A stretch of DNA of 32,000 nt from Candidatus Brocadia sp. (GTDB taxonomy: Bacteria; Planctomycetota; Brocadiia; Brocadiales; Brocadiaceae): NCBI GenBank assembly GCA_021650915.1, contig CP091279.1, forward strand, positions 2,040,001 to 2,072,000, given 5' to 3'. Positions 26,772 through 32,000 of the stretch are shown one piece after another. Position 1 is the stretch's first letter. Each line of letters begins with the position of its first letter. The translations under genes were made by a program, and so were the position numbers. The notes under the pieces were generated by a model. That model ran no database searches and had not been told where the DNA came from. It worked only from the letters and a program-made list of their open reading frames with translations.

Positions 26772-28268
26772 ATGGAAAACGCATTAACGGCTTTTTTTGA
26801 AAAAGTAAAAGATACCGTCAGAACGAGCAGATTCTCTATCAGGATTACTGAAGAGGGAAAGGTGCTGGCCGTAGGAGACGGCATTGTGCACGTTGCCGGC
26901 CTAAGAGATGCAAAACTCTACGAGCTTATAAAGTTTGAAAGCGGCGATGAGGGTATTGTGTTTGATCTCGACGTTGATAGTATTGGCGTAGTGCTGCTTA
27001 CTGACCGCAATGGGATAAGGGCTGGCGACAAGGGATATAAAACCGAACAAATTGCTTCAGTAAATGTAAGCGAAGAGCTTTTAGGGAGGGTGTTGGATGC
27101 CCTCGGTAATCCTATAGATGATGGACCAAAACTAGAGCAAACTACGCCCTGTCCGGTAGAAAGAGAAGCTCCCTCCCTGTCGCAAAGAGACTTTATTACG
27201 GAACCTCTGTATACCGGTATAAAAGTCATTGACTCTATGCTTGCCATAGGTAAAGGGCAAAGAGAATTAATCATTGGCGACCCTTCGACAGGTAAGACGT
27301 CAATAGCGGTGGACACCGTTATCAATCAAAAAAACTCTCATGTAATCTCTGTTTACGTGGTCATAGGGCAGAAGAAGTCGCATGTCTTAAAGATCATTGA
27401 AGAAGTAAAGAAATACGGCGATTTCTCCAGGACCATATTTGTTATTGCCGATGCGTCAAACTCTCCTGGCCTTCAGTATATTGCACCTTACAGCGCGACA
27501 GCCATTGCTGAGTATTTTCTTGATAAAGGGAAGAATGTCTTAATCATTTATGACGACCTTACAAAGCATGCTGATGCGTACCGATCATTAAGCCTTTTGC
27601 TGAAGAAGCCGCCGGGCAGAGAGGCGTATCCTGGCGATATATTTTTTATACACTCAAGACTTCTTGAACGATCAGCGAAGCTGAATCAAAAGAGCGGCGG
27701 TGGTTCCATCACTGCTCTCCCGATTGTGGAAACACAGCAGGGCAGGATATCATCCTATATTCCCACAAACCTCATCTCAATAACAGATGGTCAAATCTAT
27801 CTGGATACTTTACTGTTCAACAAAGGCATCCGCCCTGCAGTGGACGTTAGCAAGTCTGTGTCGCGAATAGGCGGAAAGGCTCAGGTTGAAGCAATGAGAA
27901 CCGTGGCCGAGAGGCTGAAAATCGATTATTCAAGGTTCATCGAAGTGGAAGTATTTACCAAATTTGGGGCGCACCTGGAAGAAGAAACCTCTAGCCTCAT
28001 CAGACGCGGCGAGCGGTTGAGGGAAATCCTGAAACAGCCGCAGTTTCATCCCGTTACTCTTGAAGATGAAGTATTAAGCTTCATAATCTTAGAATCAGGC
28101 ATCCTCGATACTGTTGCAATTGCCTCAACGCAAAAAGTTTGCAAGGAAATAATCAATAAGACAAAATCCACCTTTCCGGAAATTGTTGGCCGCGTGAATC
28201 TCGAGGGATTGCTTGGAAAAAAAGACCTGGAAACCGTAAAGGACTTTATTGTGAAAGAAAGGGTTTAA
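26772..28268 (+). CDS. atpA: ATPase alpha subunit
   Basis: 498 aa. Walker A GDPSTGKTSIAVD, plus PGREAYPGDIFFIHSRLLER and ITDGQIYL. Confidence 0.92.
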   Translation: MENALTAFFEKVKDTVRTSRFSIRITEEGKVLAVGDGIVHVAGLRDAKLYELIKFESGDEGIVFDLDVDSIGVVLLTDRNGIRAGDKGYKTEQIASVNVSEELLGRVLDALGNPIDDGPKLEQTTPCPVEREAPSLSQRDFITEPLYTGIKVIDSMLAIGKGQRELIIGDPSTGKTSIAVDTVINQKNSHVISVYVVIGQKKSHVLKIIEEVKKYGDFSRTIFVIADASNSPGLQYIAPYSATAIAEYFLDKGKNVLIIYDDLTKHADAYRSLSLLLKKPPGREAYPGDIFFIHSRLLERSAKLNQKSGGGSITALPIVETQQGRISSYIPTNLISITDGQIYLDTLLFNKGIRPAVDVSKSVSRIGGKAQVEAMRTVAERLKIDYSRFIEVEVFTKFGAHLEEETSSLIRRGERLREILKQPQFHPVTLEDEVLSFIILESGILDTVAIASTQKVCKEIINKTKSTFPEIVGRVNLEGLLGKKDLETVKDFIVKERV

Positions 28269-28270
28269 AC

Positions 28271-29113
28271 GTGTTTTCTTCTCTGGATATTGAAAAAAAG
28301 ATGAGGGCGCTCTATACCATAGAAGATATCGTCAGCGCAATGAAAGCATACGCCGGGGTCACAATAAGAAGGACCGATGATCTCGTGCAGAATATAAGGG
28401 CGTATGAAAATAACCTGCTCTTGGCGATGGCTGATATTATAACATATTACCCGGAAGTATCCGTAAAGGAACAAAACAAGGGAAAAAGAATTCTTGCAGC
28501 CTTCGGATCCTCACAGGGGTTATGCGGTTCTTTTAACGAAAAAATGGTTGATGTCATTTCCAGGGTAGTTACCGGCAATGATATCCTGTTTGTTATTGGA
28601 AAGCGGCTAAAATTGTCCCTGGAATTAAAACACATAACATACGGAGACGATAGCGATTCAGTAGCAAGCATTAATGGGATACAATCGGCTTTGAAAGAGA
28701 CGGTTTCAAAAATAATGAATATCTACCGTAAAGACGAGTACTATAACCTTACCCTCGTCTTTACCTATATTTTTGAGAAAAAGGCCGAGATTTCCGTGGA
28801 ACAAATCCTTCCCCCTGATATTCGTAAGGTGAGCGTTTTAAGCCCGACCAGGATTCCACCTTTCACCTATCTTAAGCCAGCAATAATTTTTGAAAAAATC
28901 CTGGAAGAATTATTGTTTATCAGTCTCTATAGAGGCTATATGGAGTCGCTCCGAAGCGAGAACTGGTATCGGTTGAGAAGTATGGAAGGCGCATCCGAAG
29001 CCCTTAAAAGGCAGCTTTCGAATCTTACTTCCATGCAGATGTATACCAGACAGGAAGAAATTACGGAAGAAATGCTTGAGATACTGGGAAGCGGGATGTT
29101 TTTTACGAAATAG
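28271..29113 (+). CDS. atpG: ATPase gamma subunit
   Basis: 280 aa with a GTG start 2 nt after the atpA stop. The N-terminal helix IVSAMKAYAGVTIRR and the C-terminal helix ITEEMLEILGSG are typical of gamma. It occupies the last position of the operon. Confidence 0.85.
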   Translation: MFSSLDIEKKMRALYTIEDIVSAMKAYAGVTIRRTDDLVQNIRAYENNLLLAMADIITYYPEVSVKEQNKGKRILAAFGSSQGLCGSFNEKMVDVISRVVTGNDILFVIGKRLKLSLELKHITYGDDSDSVASINGIQSALKETVSKIMNIYRKDEYYNLTLVFTYIFEKKAEISVEQILPPDIRKVSVLSPTRIPPFTYLKPAIIFEKILEELLFISLYRGYMESLRSENWYRLRSMEGASEALKRQLSNLTSMQMYTRQEEITEEMLEILGSGMFFTK

Positions 29114-29114
29114 T

Positions 29115-29264
29115 GTAACAATTTAGTTTTTTGAAAAAGTAGGGGTGAAGCATTTGCCCAATTGGGTATGCATGTATGTATGCCGATAGCAGCAAATGCT
29201 TCGCCCCTACCCTGGGCGGTAAACATCGCTATCATTGGGTTTTTTCAAAAAACTAAATTGTTAC
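29115..29264. repeat. MITE-like element with perfect 24-bp terminal inverted repeats
   Basis: TIRs are GTAACAATTTAGTTTTTTGAAAAA (29115-29138) and TTTTTCAAAAAACTAAATTGTTAC (29241-29264). Inside is a 19-bp hairpin GTAGGGGTGAAGCATTTGC (29139-29157) / GCAAATGCTTCGCCCCTAC (29192-29210). Confidence 0.7.
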
Positions 29265-29350
29265 GAAATATTAAGAAAGTCTGTTGCAAGAACCATTTTA
29301 CTTTTCAAAACAAATCTATGTCCTGTTTCCCATCTGACCACGGAGGGGCT

Positions 29351-30151
29351 ATGAACCACCCTGATAGATCAATTGCTGCTGAACCGGCTTATCATAATCA
29401 GATATTTCTCGACAGCGACGACGGAAGGCCTCTTCGCATTCTGGCAGAATACCTTGAGCCTCTTTACCGGCTTCGGCGAGAAGGAATCTATGACACCATT
29501 GTTTTTTTTGGCTCTGCCCGAATGAAGGAAGACGGGCCGCTCGGACAGTACTACAAAGATGCGCGCTTGTTGGCACGGCTTCTGACCGAATGGTCACGCG
29601 GTCTTTCTGGTTCAAGGCGATTTGTGATCTGTTCTGGCGGAGGAGGCGGTATCATGGAGGCGGCGAACCGCGGCGCTGCGGATGCAGACGGCAGCACTAT
29701 CGGATTCAATATTGGCCTGCCTTACGAACAGCGCCCTAACCCCTATGTCACTCCATCGCTCCTATTTGAGTTTCACTACTTTTTCATGCGCAAACTATGG
29801 TTTTCGCATCTGGCGCGGGCGATTATTGTGTTTCCCGGAGGGTTCGGCACTCTGGATGAGTTTATGGAGATGCTCACGCTTGCACAAACGGAAAAGATTG
29901 ACCGGGATATTCTCATTCTTCTCTACGGCACGGAATACTGGAAAGAAGTAATCAATTTCGACTCCCTCGTGAAGCACGGAATGATCAATGCAGAAGATCT
30001 GAATCTGATTCATCGTGTGGATACTGTTCAAGCCGCCTTTGAAGTTCTCAAAAATTGTCTGCCGAAAGAAAAAGAAGGGGTTTGCCCCGCGATTGCAAAG
30101 GCGAAGTTTTCAAAACCGCGGAAGGAAGATACAAAGCATGGCTTTAGTTAA
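29351..30151 (+). CDS. LOG family (TIGR00730-type Rossmann fold, cytokinin riboside 5'-monophosphate phosphoribohydrolase-like) protein
   Basis: Motifs GGGGGIMEAANRGA and PGGFGTLDE. Start taken at the ATG at 29351 (GGAGGGG upstream). The track ORF extends 63 codons upstream through the MITE. Confidence 0.85.
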   Translation: MNHPDRSIAAEPAYHNQIFLDSDDGRPLRILAEYLEPLYRLRREGIYDTIVFFGSARMKEDGPLGQYYKDARLLARLLTEWSRGLSGSRRFVICSGGGGGIMEAANRGAADADGSTIGFNIGLPYEQRPNPYVTPSLLFEFHYFFMRKLWFSHLARAIIVFPGGFGTLDEFMEMLTLAQTEKIDRDILILLYGTEYWKEVINFDSLVKHGMINAEDLNLIHRVDTVQAAFEVLKNCLPKEKEGVCPAIAKAKFSKPRKEDTKHGFS

Positions 30152-30159
30152 AGGGAAAC

Positions 30160-32000
30160 ATGACAGATCAGATTCAAGATAAATTTAAATACATCCCGGA
30201 TAGGATTTCAGGTCTCGTTGAATTAGCGTACAATCTCTGGTGGAGCTGGCATCCTGAGGCAAGGATGCTTTTCAAGATGCTCGATCGCGCCACATGGAAG
30301 ATAAGCATACACAACCCCGTAAAAACGCTTCATGAAGTTGATAAAAAAATCCTGAATGAAACCGTGCGTGATCAAAAGTTCCTCAGGCATTACGACGCAG
30401 TTATGGCACGATTCAAATCCGATATGATTACAAACGGCGGTTGGTTCTCTCATAATATTTCTGATCCCAACATATTGCCTATTGCCTACTTTTCTGCTGA
30501 ATACGGCCTTCACCATTCCCTCCCTTTTTATGCAGGAGGCCTCGGTTTTCTTGCAGGAGACTTTATAAAGGAATGTAGCGATCTTAAAGTGCCTTTGGTA
30601 GCGGTTGGATTTATGTATCCGGGCGGATATTTGAAGCAACGAATTAAACCTGACGGATGGCAGGTAAGCGAAAGTGAAATACTGGACAGGGAAAATGCCC
30701 CAATTTATCGTATATTTGATAGCAAAGGAAACCGTCTGGTAGTGAAAGTGCCCTTTATCGACCCCCCTATCTATGTTGAAGTCTGGAAGGTTCAGGTTGG
30801 CAAGGTATCCCTGTATCTGATGGATACGGACATCGACGTGAATGACCCTTGGAACCGCGACATCTCAGACCGTTTATACAGCGGAGGGCAGGAGCTTCGG
30901 TTAAGACAGGAAATTATCCTGGGAATAGGCGGTGCACAAGTGCTCAATACGCTTGGGATAAAACACTCCGTCCTTCATTTAAACGAGGGCCATCCGGCCT
31001 TTGCCATCCTTGAAAGAATCAGAGAAAGGGTTGAAAGTGGCATGAAATACCAGGATGCCCTTGATCAGGTGAAGGCAACGACGGTATTTACCACCCACAC
31101 CCCGGTACCGGCAGGTCATGACGTGTTCCCCTTTCCGTTGATGGAAAAGTATTTTAGCGCCTATTGGCCCGTGCTTGGACTAGATCGTGATACTTTTTTC
31201 AACCTGGGAATTAATCCCGAAGCGCCAAATGCAGGATTTAATATGACTGCATTCGCGCTCAGAATGTCCTCCTATCACAACGGCGTAAGTAAAAAACATG
31301 GAGAAGTTGCGAAACGGATGTGGAAATCTCTCTGGCCGGATATCCCGGAAGAAAAAACACCTATTGATTACATTACGAATGGAATTCACGTCCCAACCTG
31401 GATTGAGCCGAAAGTGCAATTTCTTTTCAACAAATATTTGGGATACAACTGGTTGGCAGACCACGATGACCGGGATATCTGGAAACTCATCTATGACATT
31501 CCGGATGAAGAACTATGGAACATCCATTCCTGGTTAAAGATGAAATTAATAATAAATATCCGGGAAAGGGCAAGAAGAAGATGGCACAATGATAAGGCAG
31601 ACACACAGATAATTATCGCTTCAGGAGTACTCCTTGACCCCAATATATTGACACTGGGTTTTGCCCGAAGATTTGCCACCTATAAGAGGGCCACATTAAT
31701 TTTGCACAATATTGAGCGCCTCAGGAATATGCTTAATGATCTCCGGAGACCCGTACAGATTATCTTTGCGGGAAAGGCCCATCCCGACGATAACCCCGGA
31801 AAACAGCTTTTGCAACAAATATTTAATGCGGCAAAGGACCCGTCTTTCGGTGGCCGAATAGTTTTCGTTGAGGACTACGACGAACAATTAGCGCAATATC
31901 TTGTGCACGGTGTTGATATATGGCTGAACAATCCTCTTCCGCCGCTTGAAGCATCTGGCACAAGTGGAATGAAGGCGTCTCTGAACGGCGTCCCCCAACT
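30160..32000 (+). CDS. glgP: alpha-glucan (glycogen/maltodextrin) phosphorylase, N-terminal 613 codons (runs off the right edge)
   Basis: Absent from the track because it has no stop in the window. It was hand-translated from the ATG at 30160 and is open to the edge. Motifs: LAYNLWWSWHPEARMLF, GGLGFLAGDF, LNEGHPAF, TTHTPVPAGHD, ITNGIHVPTW, AGKAHPDD, EASGTSGMKA. Confidence 0.9.
   Translation, partial: MTDQIQDKFKYIPDRISGLVELAYNLWWSWHPEARMLFKMLDRATWKISIHNPVKTLHEVDKKILNETVRDQKFLRHYDAVMARFKSDMITNGGWFSHNISDPNILPIAYFSAEYGLHHSLPFYAGGLGFLAGDFIKECSDLKVPLVAVGFMYPGGYLKQRIKPDGWQVSESEILDRENAPIYRIFDSKGNRLVVKVPFIDPPIYVEVWKVQVGKVSLYLMDTDIDVNDPWNRDISDRLYSGGQELRLRQEIILGIGGAQVLNTLGIKHSVLHLNEGHPAFAILERIRERVESGMKYQDALDQVKATTVFTTHTPVPAGHDVFPFPLMEKYFSAYWPVLGLDRDTFFNLGINPEAPNAGFNMTAFALRMSSYHNGVSKKHGEVAKRMWKSLWPDIPEEKTPIDYITNGIHVPTWIEPKVQFLFNKYLGYNWLADHDDRDIWKLIYDIPDEELWNIHSWLKMKLIINIRERARRRWHNDKADTQIIIASGVLLDPNILTLGFARRFATYKRATLILHNIERLRNMLNDLRRPVQIIFAGKAHPDDNPGKQLLQQIFNAAKDPSFGGRIVFVEDYDEQLAQYLVHGVDIWLNNPLPPLEASGTSGMKASLNGVPQ

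Noticed and set aside
29162-29350. 63-codon N-terminal extension of the LOG-family ORF
   Set aside because: It reads through the MITE-like element. A GGAGGGG-preceded ATG at 29351 gives a normal-length protein.

Overview
The window is mostly chromosomal energy-metabolism DNA from a multiheme-cytochrome-rich anaerobe. The gene content resembles anammox Planctomycetes (Brocadiales), but organism identity cannot be proven from this sequence alone.

Left to right:
- 3-3664, minus strand: a Rieske-less cytochrome b6 / subunit IV operon with two membrane-anchored multiheme cytochromes c. One cytochrome carries a CX4CH site, and a MITE-like element sits inside the operon.
- 4647-10669, plus strand: an NAD-type formate dehydrogenase (Cys-type alpha subunit, NuoE-like, NuoF-like) with a purQ gene embedded between the subunits.
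- 10973-12905: an intact IS4/IS1634-type insertion sequence.
- 13088-13726: a MobB-like P-loop gene.
- 13962-19200, minus strand: a co-directional five-gene block encoding a secreted chelatase-fold protein, a secreted GEVED-domain protein, a secreted unknown protein, an outer-membrane beta-barrel and a 14-heme lipoprotein cytochrome.
- 19200-22900: a gene-poor accessory stretch. It holds a consensus-promoter small-RNA candidate with a paralogous hairpin unit, a DUF2325 gene, and three textbook attC sites. The attC sites bound cassettes (a RidA-like gene and a DUF4160/DUF2442 pair), no integrase is present (CALIN-like), and two diverged 320-bp direct repeats bracket the array.
- 23041-29113: a complete N-type ATPase operon in the order beta, epsilon, AtpQ-like, a, c, b-delta fusion, alpha, gamma.
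- 29351-32000: a LOG-family gene and a partial alpha-glucan phosphorylase.

No rRNA, tRNA or CRISPR array was recognised.

The most interesting candidates are:
- the integrase-less attC cassette array abutting the N-ATPase operon;
- the porin/14-heme cytochrome plus secreted-protein cluster;
- the paired structured-RNA-like units;
- a family of GTAACAATT-ended, GTAGGG...CCCTAC-hairpin repeats.
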